A stretch of DNA of 64,000 bases from contig OX597817.1 of the NCBI GenBank assembly GCA_951406725.2, positions 144,894,001 to 144,958,000 on the forward strand. Direction: 5' to 3'. The translations under genes were made by a program, and so were the position numbers. How positions within the stretch are numbered: position 1 is the stretch's first letter; the number at the start of each line of letters is the position of its first letter. This DNA comes from Octopus vulgaris. Lineage: Eukaryota. Positions 38,150-51,087 of this stretch are shown one piece after another. The notes beneath the pieces are model-generated. The model had not been told where the DNA came from and searched no databases. It saw nothing but the letters and a program-made list of their open reading frames with translations.

Positions 38150-38525
38150 CATGCATGCATGCAAAACGAAAGCAAACAAGAAGTGAAAACTTTCAGATGA
38201 TGAATTTTTAAGTATGAATATATAGATCATCATCATTGTTTAATGTCCACCTTCCATGCTGGCATGGGTATTTATATTAATAGATCCAACTTACACAGAG
38301 TACAAATGAGGGGAAGTAGAAAAGTGTTGTAAGTCTGACAGCTGTTTCTGTTACATTTAATATATCTAATTTATTTATCTGCATAATTTTACCTCCATAT
38401 CTGGTCGGCTTGATCCCTCTTATAGCCATTCTTTACCCCGTGGAATTGATCCCTTGTAAAGACATCATTTGAGCACTACTAAGAGTTTTCTGTATTGGGA
38501 ATCTCTGAATCTCATCTGCTGACTA

Positions 38526-38570
<45 letters not shown>

Positions 38571-38577
38571 TATATAT

Positions 38578-38892
38578 TGAAAGAAAGACAATGGAGAAAG
38601 ATGGATGTATGAAAAATTTATTTGTATGGTATAAAGATGTTGAAATGTTTTTATAATAACAATGCAAATAAATTATAAATTGTAAAGCTCAAAGAGAAAT
38701 GACAAATGCGTAAAACCTACATATAAGTAGGTTTTTTACATCTACATATATGTAGGTTTTACGTGTCTGCCATTTATTTTGAGTTTTACAATTTATAATT
38801 TATTTGCATTGTTATTATAAAAAATTTCAACATCTTTATATCATATAAATAAATTATTCATACATCCATCTTTCTCCATTCTCTTTCTTTCA
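38578..38892. repeat. Long imperfect foldback (~150-bp arms)
   Basis: Arms 38578-38730 and 38742-38892, e.g. TATAATAACAATGCAAATAAATTATAAATTGTAAA / TTTACAATTTATAATTTATTTGCATTGTTATTATA. Confidence 0.9.
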
Positions 38893-41374
38893 GTTTTAAT
38901 AATATGTATTACAACAATAATCCCTAACATATCTTCGAGACTTTCTCCTGATTGACAGTGATTAACCAGTGGAAATTTTGGGATTATATAATTCCTAATG
39001 TGGATCTAACATCCTCGAGTAGACTGACAATACACACACACACACATGAGTCGTCTTAGAGACCATAAGTTATGGAGGAGATGCACTTGTATAACTGTTA
39101 GTAGATTGGATTTATCATCCGAATTTCATAATCTTAACTATTTTTGACGGCTGGTCTTACCAATTGGTTTCACACAAAAAATACAACGGAGTGATGGGTA
39201 ACAATCTAATTATATAAATACACTCATCAGAAGTAGCCGACAGTGAGGAGCAATCACCATATTCCCTTCTTTGTCACCATGTTCCCTTCTTTGCCTGATT
39301 CCCAGATATTGGTGGTAGAAGAGCCAAAGTAGGGGAACTGGGTGTTATAATCACAATAGGACACAAAGGTATGAAAGAATGTACTTCCTTTCATGTGGGC
39401 AAGGGTTAAAAATTTCTCTTCTGCTATTCAGATAGATGTCATGGCTAGGTATATTCTGCTTTTCCTGCTACTATTGAAGTAAGCTTTGTATTATTCTAAT
39501 ATCCTCTACTTTATGTTGTATTCCATGTGCTTTCTTTCATGCTTGACTAGGTTCCATAGTCTGTTTTGGCTTGGTTTGTACAGCATGATGCCCTACCTAA
39601 CACCAACCTCTTTGCTGAGTATTTTTTACATGGCACCATCACCAGTGCTTTTTATGTGACACCAGTACCAAAGCATTTTATGTGACCCCAGCATAAGTGC
39701 ATTTTGGGCGTTAAGGGATAAAATGTTAGGGTGGAGAAGGTTGACAGGGCAAAGCTCTTCATGGACAAGCATTATCTAATATTTAGTGATATTCAGGTTC
39801 TTTGTTGGTGCCTGTTTTGATAATGGCTAAATACATCACAAAAGAACCTCTACTTGGTGGCTCAGCCTGCAAGAAACAACAACCAAACCAACCTCAAAAT
39901 CAAACTCCACCATCTTAACCAAAGGAGGGACAAATTGCATAACGTAGTCCTAGATACACTGAAAATAGAATGGGTTGGTCATAGCTGGAATGTTTCATAT
40001 ATCTACACATGTTTGTAATGTTTACAGCAGGGAGGTCACTTTTAACAGACACACCCACTGTGTGTTTACTGGAGGTGATATTTTCATTACAGAAGTCAAG
40101 ATCATAAAAGTCCATTCAACAGAGGGGAAGGGGAGGAGGAGGAAAGGTAGAAAGAATACAAAGCAAAAGAGAGATTATTTATTTTTTTTTTTTTTGTTTT
40201 CCTATTATTTTATATTGTCTCTTAAAGAACTCTGTACCCTTCTGCATGACATGTGGTATTTAGGACAACAAGGATTTGGCATCAACTGCTTGTAACCCAA
40301 TATCTACCCAAGAACATCAATGCTCTGTCTCTCTTTTTCTCTTATTTTTCTCTCTTTCTGTCTTTGTATTTCTCTGAGAGAGAGAAAGAGAGAGAATGAA
40401 TTATAAGTAAAAAAAAAAAAAGAAGCTATAGATTTGCTTCAATTTCTTCAGTTGTTCCCACAGGAAGAGTGATTTACAACTCAAAGGAAGAATGTGTAGT
40501 GGCCGTTATTGTTGTTGTTATCGTAGAAATTGTTTTTGGATAAGTGAGTTGGTTATATTGATTCAATAGAGAGAGAGAATATGACCCCAATAGAGAACAC
40601 ACAAGAAATTCCCATCAACAACAAAAGACAAAGTAAAAAAAAGAAACAGTCACAGCAGATAAAATGAAAATAAAAACGAAAAAATAACAAAGCATGTGAT
40701 GAAATATGTCATATTTGCATACAAGAATATTCTGCATGAGTGGAAGTCAGAGCTCATTGTTCAAGAAGTCTGGTGACTGGATTTTGATTCCCTGATGTGG
40801 AGGATATCATTTCACTTGTATCATCAATATTCTCATGAGAGGAGGTGGGGAGAAGCCAAATAACATAGACAGATACTCTTTTCACATGACCTCACCTTTA
40901 ACAATTTCATTGAAATAATAGCCGTGTTTAAACATATTTTCACATGTGTGAATGTCGGTTCGTGCCATGTCAGTCAGTCTCCTGATATGAGTTCAGTTGA
41001 AGAGAAAGTGCGGATCATTTTTCAGGCTATTAAACTTGTCTTTGGAGATAATTGTTTCCAATATTTACATCTACTTTACGTTCCAGTTGCTTTGTTCTCT
41101 GTTCATCATCAGGTGTTTTATTCCTGGATGTGTACATAGTACCAGTCTGCATTAGCACTAGAAACCTTTTTTCCTTTTTTTCTTTTTTAATTACAGGTAA
41201 AACATTCTTGTCTATTAGGCATGACTGTGGTGAGGAGCTTGCTTCCCAACTACATGATTCCAGGTTCAGTCCCACTGCATGGCACCTTGGACACATATCT
41301 TTTACTATAACTCTGGGTCAATCAAAGCCTTATGTCAATGGAAACTGAAAGAATCTCATCCTCTGTGTGTGTGT

Positions 41375-42355
41375 AAACAAAGTCTGGAGTTCAAGGGCCT
41401 TAGAGTTAATTTAGTAAAGACCAAAGTCTTCTTAAGTAGGAAAAGAGACAAATCACAAATTCCTGCAGGGAGACGGCTCTGCTTGACATGTAAAAAAAGG
41501 CATAGGTAGAAACTCTGTTAGGTGTACCAGGTGCAAGCTATGAACACCAAGGAGGTGCAGCAATATCAGAGGAAGGTTAACGCAGAAAGTAGTCATTGTG
41601 TGTGGCAGGTGTATATGTACAATAAACACTAGAAATATACAGAAAAAGACTTCATCAAATACTAGGGGGTCATTCTTAGAAGTAGTGGATAGCTTCTGTT
41701 GTCTAGGTAGCATGTCAGTGGTGGAGGTGGATGCTCTGAGAGTGAAGCTGCTGGAATGAGAATAGGGTGGTCAAAGTTAAGAGAGCTTCTACCTTTGTTG
41801 GTAACAAAGGGCCCCTCCTTCAGAGTGAAATGCAGATTGTATGATGCATGTGTAATGTCAGTGTGCTGGATGTACAGTGTCAGTGTGCATGAATGACAGA
41901 GTGTAAAGGTCTTGAGAGAAAAATTAGGCATAAGCGGCATCAGATGTGGTGTGCAAAACAAAAGACTGCACTTGGTCATTTGATGTGTATGGATGAAGAC
42001 AACTGTGTAAAGAAGTGCCGATCTTTAACTATGGATGGAACCTATGGAAGGGGTGGATCCAGGAAGATATGGTGAATGTTGAGTCTCACAGAGGTGATGA
42101 CAAGCAAGTGAGACCTTTGGCCATTTGCTGTGCTTGAGAAGATACGTCAAGCCGAGTGAAATCATAGTTGTGGCCAGTGCCAGAGACATGTAAAAGGCAC
42201 CCACTCTTGGAATGATTGGCATCAGGAAGGGCATCCAGCTGTAGAAACCAAACCAAACCAGACTGGAGCCTGATATAGCTCTCTGGTTTACCAGTCCCTG
42301 TCAAACCATCCAACCCATACCAGCATGGAAAACAGATACTTAATGATGATGATGA
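41375..42355 (+). mobile_element. Degenerate RTE-clade LINE (RT region to 3' tail)
   Basis: KQSLEFKGLRVNLVKTKV, EVVDSFCCLG, RIGWSKLRELLPLL...RVKCRLYDACV and GHLMCMDEDNCVKKC...GRGGSRKIW in shifting frames; (GAT)n tail. Confidence 0.8.
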
Positions 42356-42379
42356 TATATATATATATATACATATGTT

Positions 42380-42780
42380 GGAGTAGCTGTGTGGTAAGTA
42401 GCTTACTTACCAACCACGTGGTTCCGGGTTCAGTCCCACTGCATGGCACCTTGGGCAAGTGTCTTCTACTATAGCCTTGAGCCGATCAAAACCTTGTGAG
42501 TGGATTTGGTAGACGGAAACGGAAAGAAACCCGTCATATATACGTATATGTATATATGTGTGTGTGTGTTTGTGTCTGTGTTTGTCCCCGCAACATCGCT
42601 TGATGCTGGTGTGTTTACATCCCTGTAACTTAGCTGTTCGGCAAAAGAGACCGATAGAATAAGTACTAGGCTTACAAAGAATAAGTCCTGGGGTCGATTT
42701 GCTCAACTAAAGGCGGTGCTCCAGCATGGCCGCAGTCAAATGACTGAAACAAGTAAAAAGAGAGAAAAAAAGAGTAAAGA
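42380..42780 (+). mobile_element. SINE family A, full length
   Basis: As 6862-7300. Confidence 0.85.
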
Positions 42781-42961
42781 TATATATATATATATATATA
42801 AAGAACTCAGTACACTCTGTAAAATGGTTGGTATGAGGAAAGTCATCCAACTAGAAAACATATCAAAGCAGAGAGTAGAGCTTGGCGTAGTGTTCTTGCT
42901 CGACAACTCCTGTTGAACCATCCAACCCATGTTAGTATATAAAATGAACTTTAAATGGTGA

Positions 42962-43193
42962 AGGTGGCGAGCTGGCAGAAATGTTAGCACACCAGGTGAA
43001 ATGCATAGCTGTATTTTGTCTGCCGTTACATTCCGAGTTCAAATTCCACCAAGGTCGACTTTGCCTTTCATCCTTTCGGGGTCGATAAATTAAGTACCAG
43101 TTGCATACTAGAGTCAATGTAATCGACTTAATCCCTTTGTTTGTCCTTGTTTGTCCCCTCTGTGTGTAGCCCCTTGTGGGCAATAAAGAAATA
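42962..43193 (+). mobile_element. SINE family C
   Basis: As 19034-19267. Confidence 0.8.
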
Positions 43194-44194
43194 AATGAAC
43201 TTTAAATGGTGATGATGTGATCATCTCAATTCTGGTTTTCACTCCTTCTCTCCTCTCCCAAGTCTTGTTGGTTCTGAATTGTCAGCAATGCTTCTGTAAT
43301 GTTTGGGGTTTTTTCCTAGGTAAGGTGTGGGTCCTTCACAAACCCATTTTTTACCTCTGGGAAGACTGTTGATGGTACCAAAACCTCTCAGACCTAATGA
43401 ATAAATGATAAGAGAATTAGTTGTTTGCATACTATCTTAGGATTTTTTTGTCTTTTTGGTGGCCAGGAACTGATAGAAGAGAGAGTCAAATTAACTAAAT
43501 GATGTTAACGGGGTTAATGGTCAGTTTGAATTGTTGGGGTTCCACTAGTTGAAAATTAAACATGGGATGTAGTTCCAAAGAAGAAGGATTAAACAATTGT
43601 TATGTACAATTGGTAATACTAAACATTTGGCTGTGTCGAAAGGCACTGTGTGTGTTATATCATCTGCTGTTACAAGACCAAGCATTAGCATTACTTGTTT
43701 GAAATGTTGAACAAGCAGTGCTGCTGCTGCTAGTGACGCAAACATTCAATTAAGTGCCATATCATAATAATCAGATCACTGTGTCTGTTACATTCCTTAC
43801 AGTGAAACCTATGTGTGTTTGGAGGCTGGAATGGTTTACTTATCAGCTGTCTTAACCAATTCTTTAAAAAGTAAAAAAAAAAGAAGAAAAAAAGAGCAAT
43901 CCTTCTGTTACAAAGGAACCATTTACAACTGCTGCAGAATTCTAATTGAAAACACTATTGGCTGTTAGAACTAGAGAAAAAAGAGAGAGAGAGTGTGTGT
44001 GTATATGTGTGTGCTTGTGTGTGTGTTTGTTGGAAATATAGATGCGTAAATAAATAGCATTTCTCTATGTGTGTGTATTAGTGTGTAGCACAAGGGTGTT
44101 TTTGTCTTTAAACATATACATCACAAATGATAGCATGTATATATAAAACATGGGTGTGTGTGAAATCGGTGCTAATATATAATGTGTTGACATG

Positions 44195-44238
44195 AGTACA
44201 TATATATATGTATGTATCTATGTATGTACGTATGTATG

Positions 44239-44270
<32 letters not shown>

Positions 44271-44294
44271 TGTATATGTATGTATATATGTATG

Positions 44295-44328
<34 letters not shown>

Positions 44329-44368
44329 TATATATATGTATGTATGTATATGTATGTATATATGTATG

Positions 44369-44399
<31 letters not shown>

Positions 44400-44538
44400 A
44401 TATATATGTATGTATGTATATGTATATATATGTACGTATGTATATGTATGTATATGTATATATATATGTATATATGTATATGTATGTATATGTATATATA
44501 TATTTGTATGTATGTATATGTATGTATATATGTGTGTG

Positions 44539-44583
<45 letters not shown>

Positions 44584-44722
44584 ATGTATGTATATTTGTA
44601 TGTATATATATATATTTGTATGTATATGTATGTATATTTGTATGTATATATATATATATATTTGTATGTATATGTATGTATATTTGTATGTATATATATA
44701 TATATATGTACGTATATTTGTA
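44195..44722. repeat. (TATG)n/(TA)n microsatellite, ~530 bp
   Basis: Directly visible. Confidence 0.95.
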
Positions 44723-45297
44723 CATGATAGCAGGTTGTATGAGTGAGTGTATATATATGTGGGTATACATAAATGGTGGTATTCTAACGTGTGATCATAA
44801 AACACTGTATTGTATAAGCACATAAACGGCTGTGCGCACATATGCTCGTGTGTGCGTAAACGTGTGTGAGCACGTGCACACACTTGCAAACGGTGGTAAT
44901 TTGTCTGGTGTCACCGATGTCAGATAAGTACAATGGATTCCTTCAGCAAGTTAACTTATTAATTAATAATTTTATCTTGCATAAATTATCTTTAAATAAT
45001 CAAACATTCTTTTGAAGAAGTGAAGATACTTTCTGGCTCTCTGATTTCATCTGTGAAATAGTGTATGGGAGAAACAGAAGTGGGGAGGGACTATTTTCTA
45101 GCCTCGTTGGGAAATAGAGTTTGGGAGAAATAAACAGAGGAGGTGTGTGTGTGTGGGAGGGAGAAGCTATTTTCTAACGTTATTGTGAAATAGTATATAA
45201 GAGAAACAACAGGGGGGAATGTGTGACAGGGAGAGGTTATTTTCTAGTATCAACTGATAAGAGGAAAAGAATTACGAATGAAGTTTAGATACACTTT

Positions 45298-45685
45298 AAT
45301 CTTTTACATGTTTCAGTCCTGTGACTGCAGCCATGCTGGAGCTCTGCCTTTAGTTGAAGAAATCAACCCCAGGAGTTATTCTTTGTAAGCCTAGTACTTA
45401 TTCTACTCTGCTAAACCGCTAAGTTTTGGGGATATAAACACTCCAATATCGGTTGTCAAGTGATGGTGGGGGGACAGACACAAAGACACACGCATAAATA
45501 TATTTATATATATATATATATATATACATATATACACATGATGGGCTTCTTTCAGTTTCCATCTACCAAATTCACTCACGAGGCTATAATAGAAGACATT
45601 TGCCCAATGTGCCACACAGTGGGACTGAACCCAGAACCATGTGGTTGGAAGCAAGCTTCCTATCACACAGCCACACTTGCGCCTA
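45298..45685 (-). mobile_element. SINE family A
   Basis: Reverse complement of family A. Confidence 0.75.
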
Positions 45686-45744
45686 TATATTTATATTTAT
45701 GCTCAATGATTCTAGTTTAGAAGTTTGGTTGCCTTGCATAGTCG

Positions 45745-46230
45745 CAGGCATGGTTCTGTGGTAAGAAGTCTGCTTCCCAACCACATGGTTCTGGTATAGC
45801 CTCGAGCCAACCAAAGCCTTGTGAGTAGATTTGGTAGATGGAAACTGAAAGAAGCCCATCATATAATAATAATAATAATGATGATGATGAAATTATTGTA
45901 ATACAGTGCTTGGTGCACTGCAGCTCAGCAGAAAAAGTAGTCAAAAGTCCATAGAATATACACAGGAAGTGAACAGTGAATGAATCGTTGAAAAAAAAAG
46001 GTGGAGCACCGTGTGTCTGTGTTTATGCTCCACTGCTGCTTGATAACTGGTGCTGGTGTGTTTATATCTTCGTAACTTTGTAGTTCAGCAAAAAGGGATT
46101 GATAGAAGAAGTACCAGGCTTAAAAAGGTAAATTGAGCTCTGGGGTCAATTGGTTTAACTAAAATCCTTCAAGGCGGTGCCCCAGCATGGCCACAGTCTA
46201 ATAACAGAAACAAGTCAAAGATAAAAGATA
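45745..46230 (+). mobile_element. SINE family A interrupted by a short CR1/L2-like 3' end (~45865-45990, minus strand)
   Basis: SINE head and tail separated by (AAT)n-GATGAAATTATTGTA...GGTGCAC, as seen at 189 and 52854. Confidence 0.6.
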
Positions 46231-47180
46231 AAAGTTATCTGAGGATGGTAAATTTATTCCAGGAACTCTGATCCTAGACTTTTTATTTACTTATTAATTC
46301 ATTTTGTTCTTTCTTGGCAATTTTTCCCCATAAAGGGAGAAATTGCCAAGACTCTGAAAGTAATTAATTGTTTTTGTTACTATAAACAGGAATTGTGTTT
46401 AGACTCTTGCACTATTATAATTGATGGCTGAGCTGAACTTAAGGGCCACATTGGCAGCAGTACATTTTGATTATCCCTGCACAAATGTGTATATATCAGT
46501 AACAAAAACACATGCCAGCGTTAAGCCATAAGATTTAAACGAAACATTCAACTTTTCAACAATTCTCCAGAACTATTTACTATAGACAAAATCTCTCCAT
46601 CATCATCATCATTATCATCATGTTCGTAAAATATCAAGAATTTGTGACCAAACAGCTGCTGTTTATATACACACACAATGGCAGTAAAAGAGCTAGCCTA
46701 TTTCTAATCTAATTTTTCCACCCCAAACCTGATCTTTAAATTCTTTGTAAACGCTGTAATTCTGTGTTATTATTGTTGTTTAGCTTCAGACATTCCATCC
46801 ATGGCTGTCTCTGCTTCTTTAAAGGTGCTGTGTACCTTGGATAGCTCTATCCTATTTGCTATTAAATCTAGAAAAAATTAAAATAAAAAAGCAGAAAAAA
46901 TATTTAAAAAGTGATGAATTTATTGAAATATCTTCGTCATTAAGATTGCTTCGAATATAAATCAAGATGAAATTTTGATGAAAATTTTAATTTAGATCAT
47001 TTTAAAATGGAATTTGTATCATAGAACTAAGAGCAATTTCATGCAGGGTAATAACTGATCTAATCAGACATCTTGCTTCAACAACAGGGAGAAAAAATGG
47101 TTCTGAATCCTGTATTTAGCTATATATATGTGTATGTATATATGTATATATATATTTGTGTGTGTGTGCACACATACATA

Positions 47181-47385
47181 TGAGAGGGGTGCTGGAAAGT
47201 TCCTGGTTCTGGGGAAAAGAAAATACAAGAGGACCAGTTAATTATGATTCTGTTTAATATCTTCCCCTCTCAGATTCACGCACTTATTGATTTTTCTAAG
47301 CCTTGTAAAAGAACTCGGAAGGCTGAACCTCCAACTGGGCCTTTTGTGATACCCTTAAAGTCGAGAATGTTTTAGCACCCCCTCG
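47181..47385. mobile_element. mariner-type MITE
   Basis: Degenerate TIRs TGAGAGGGGTGCTGGAAAGTTC / GAATGTTTTAGCACCCCCTCG with TA on the left. Confidence 0.65.
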
Positions 47386-47417
47386 TGTGTGTATGTGTAA
47401 ATATGTATGTATCTATG

Positions 47418-47454
<37 letters not shown>

Positions 47455-47528
47455 TAAAGAGAATGAGACAACAAAGCCAAAGCCAAGGCTGTATGGAATT
47501 TATAGGACATTTATAAAGAGAAAGTCAG

Positions 47529-47574
47529 TCTTACAGCTGTTTCTAGGATATTAGAGATATCCCTTCATCAGAGA
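47529..47574 (-). ncRNA. Minimal type-I hammerhead ribozyme motif in a probable Penelope-like remnant (~47455-47815)
   Basis: Minus strand reads UCU-CUGAUGA-A-GGGAUAU-cucua-AUAUCCU-A-GAAAC-AGCU-GUA-AGA: canonical core, 7-bp stem II, palindromic stem III ACAGCUGU, GUA triplet, 3-bp stem I. Confidence 0.78.
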
Positions 47575-47820
47575 TGATATGAGTTAACTTGGAGGAAATA
47601 GTATTATTCAGTATAAGGAGTTATTTTGGAAAAGGATGGATATAGGATGCCTAAAAGGAAATAAGAAAATAAAAATAGAAGTAAAAGAATATGTAGGATG
47701 TTACAATTGCCATTCCATTATCCGAGGAAAGTGCTGTGTAGAATGGGTAGAAATGTTTCTTGTCCGTGGTATGTAGATTCCGATAAGAGTTCATATTTTG
47801 TTATTACAAGTGGATAGTGT

Positions 47821-48113
47821 GAAGGCACATGGCTCAGTGGTTAGAGTGTCAGGCTCACAATCATGAGGTGGTGAGTTCAATTCTTGGACTGGGCTGTGCG
47901 TTGTGTTCTTCAGCAAGACACTTTATTTCACAGTGCTCCAGTTCACTCAGCTGTAGAAATGAGTTGTGAAGTCACTGGTGCCAAGCTGTATTGCCCTTTG
48001 CCTTTCCCTTGGATAACATTGGTGACATGGAGAGTGGGGGCTGGTATGCATGGGTGACTGCTGGTCTTCCATAGAACAACCTTGCCCAGACTTCTGCCTC
48101 GGAGGGGAACTTT
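47821..48113 (+). mobile_element. SINE family B, 3'-truncated at the transposon junction
   Basis: Homologous to 14201-14500. Confidence 0.8.
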
Positions 48114-48942
48114 TAGGGTGCAATGGGTAAATTGTCGCAATTTTGATTTCATGCATGCACATTGTTTGTTTTCGATGTTGTCGACTGGGAACTGTCTGTG
48201 AGAAAAACAGCACCATGACACAATTCACTCTGCCAGAAATTTGGAAATGACATGCTGTACTCCTTGGCATTTACACCAGAAGCTCCAATACAAACATTTC
48301 AGAGCGTCTGGCTATCAATCTGGGGGCATGTACTGAGAGTGATAAATATCAAACATCCAGTTAACATCATGGTGTTTGGAGTGATCACTGATGATGGTGA
48401 CCTTATGCCTCTATTCATCTTCCCACATGGCCTCAGACTCAATGCGGAGGCCTAGAGGATGTAGTGCTGGCCTGTGTCAAGAGGGTAGCTGCTGGAAGAC
48501 CCTTTGTCTGGCAACAGGACTTTGTACCATGCCACACAAGCAGGAGAACCCAGTCATGGCTGTCAGACAATTTCTGTGACCACATCACACCTAACATCTG
48601 GTCACCTAACTCCCCAGACTGCAACTTCCTTGATTATTATGTTTGGGGTGCAATTGAGCAAGAGACCAACAAAATTCTATGTAACACCAAAGATGAACTG
48701 AAGGCAACGATTATGGCAGCATTGACCAATTTAAACAAGGAGACCATTCAGAAGAGTTGCAGGAGATTCTGAAGTCGTCTGGAGGCTATGGTTGAAGCCA
48801 ATGGTGATTTAATTGAATAAATTTACTCTTTAGTATTTCAAGATATTTTTACATAATTTTAGTAAATATGTATGTTAAAATGAGATGTCATTGTTATTTT
48901 CATTTTTGCATAATTTAGATAACAATATATTTACCACACCTT
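48114..48942 (+). mobile_element. Internally deleted DD37D (maT) transposon, copy 2
   Basis: ORF 48464-48772 contains QQD-FVPCHTSRRTQSWLSDNFCDHITPNIWSPNSPDCNFL-DYY, with 37 residues between the catalytic Asps; TIRs as in the 25239 copy. Confidence 0.88.
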
Positions 48943-49019
48943 CATCATCATGATCATCATCGTTTAACATCCGCTTTCCATGCTGGCATGGGTTGGACGA
49001 TTTGACTGATATATATATA

Positions 49020-49200
49020 TATATATATGTTGTAATTTATAGAAAAACAAAAGATGATGACAGGTATATGAACAAGCAAGTGTATTAGTTCGACACTCAG
49101 GAAAATGAAGTTTTTTTACGTTTCGAGCCTATGCTCTTCAACAGAAAGAAATAAGGGAAAATAAACAGAGAGAGAATGAAAAAACTTGTAGATTTTACAG
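49020..49200 (-). mobile_element. Fourth copy of the hammerhead-like fragment (motif 49113-49148)
   Basis: Minus strand CTTT-CTGTTGA-A-GAGC-atag-GCTC-GAAAC-GTA-AAAA. Confidence 0.55.
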
Positions 49201-49779
49201 ATGTATATATCTGTGGCAGTTTGGCAGATTAGATGTAGTGCACTGGTGAAACTATAATAAATTACTTTTTTGAAGATTACTATAGAAACCTTTAAACTAA
49301 ACACATTTACTCTGTCTTTCTCTCTCTCTCTAGCTTCCTTTCTTTCTTTTTCTTCAGTTTATCAGGAACTGAGCAAATGCATCTTGTGCCCTTGTGTTAC
49401 AAGCTCTGTTTGTCTTCTGAGCAACTATAATTTATGTCTTTGTGTGCAGAGGTCTGTTTGTCTTAAGGGTAACCTGCCTTTGATCCTCAAATGGGGTTAA
49501 GTTGAGTTAGATAAAGGGCAGAAGTCATTCTAGTAAAACTAATAAACTTAACACTTTGGCTGCCGCCTGCAGCACAATCTGTTGTATTGCATATTTGTTT
49601 TGTTAATCTCTGGTTCAATGATACTATCTTCACATCATGAACCAGCAGAAGTATTGACAAAATCCATATTTTATAGGTTGAAGTTCACTTTATTTAATAT
49701 AGATCATTTATTTCAATAAACTCCTTTATCACCCTCTCTACTTTCCTCGCAATTAAATAATGTGTCTAAGTTATATACT

Positions 49780-50032
49780 CATTTACTCTTTACTTGTTTC
49801 AGTCATTTGACTGTGGCAATGCTGGAGCACCACCTTTAGTCGAGCAAATCGATCCCAGGACTTATTCTTTGTAAGCCTAGTACTTATTCTATCGGTTTCT
49901 TTTGCAGAACCGCTAAGTTACGAGGATGTAAACACACCAGCATCAGTTGTCAAGCGATGTTGGGTGGACAAAGGCAGACACCAAACACATACACACACAA
50001 AAACATACATACATATATATATATATATCTAG

Positions 50033-50087
<55 letters not shown>

Positions 50088-50250
50088 TATACAATGGGCT
50101 TCTTTCAGTTTCCATCTACCAAATCTACTCACAAGACTTTGGTCGACCCAAGGCTATAGTAGAAGACACTTGCCCAAGGTGCCATGCAGTGGGACTGAAC
50201 CCGGAACCATGTGGTTTGTAAGCAAGCTACTTACCACACAGCCACTCCTA
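49780..50250 (-). mobile_element. SINE family A, full length
   Basis: Reverse complement of 42380-42780. Confidence 0.85.
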
Positions 50251-50724
50251 TGCCTTTACATTCACATGGTGCACTTATGTGTGCGTTTGTATGCATGCAT
50301 GTATGTGTGTTTGCATATGTGCATTATTTGTGATAGATTCCTTTGTTTCGATATGTATGGTCTATTTTCAAAAAGACCAATGGGGAGAGAAAGTTGTGAT
50401 GTTCATACATTTCCCAACAGTGTCAAAAGCAAAATACCAGTTACAACATTTCAACCGAGAACTGCTCTGCATTGCAAGTTCGACTTAGTGAGAAGCTTCA
50501 CTGTTGCTTAACAGTTTTTTCCCCATTGTGTGTCTTTGTTAAAAAAATAGATGCTTAGTTTTTACTTTATAAAAATAGTCTGTGTGGTAAGAAGCTTACT
50601 TCCCAACCACATGGTTCCAGGTTCAGTCCCATTGCATGGCACTTTTGGCAAGTGTCTTCTATTACAGCCTCAGGCCAACCAAAGACTTCTGAATGGATTT
50701 GGTAGGCGGAAACTGAAAGAAGCT

Positions 50725-50772
<48 letters not shown>

Positions 50773-51087
50773 AATAAGAAAATGGAGAAACAAATTTAGT
50801 TTGTTCATCAACTTTCGGATATTAGACTGTTGAATTATTTATTCATTTAACAAAATGAGAACCTTAATAGCATACATATATATCTTATAATTCAATACAT
50901 ATAAGATAAGAATACAAATTCTTTACCTTTGCCCGTTTAATACAATAAATAAGTTAATTGCATTGCAATTAAAAAATGTATGTATTAAGAATCTGGGTAC
51001 TTTACCAGCAGTATCTTGGATAAATACTATCCATTTGTGGGTTACACCCATAACCCCTAACATATTTATATATATATATATATATAT

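Noticed and set aside
39915-40115. Minus-strand 66-aa ORF (MDFYDLDF...) and 41030-41296 ORF as a nested gene
   Set aside because: Short, no domain, no consistent exon chain; part of the second ORF is SINE
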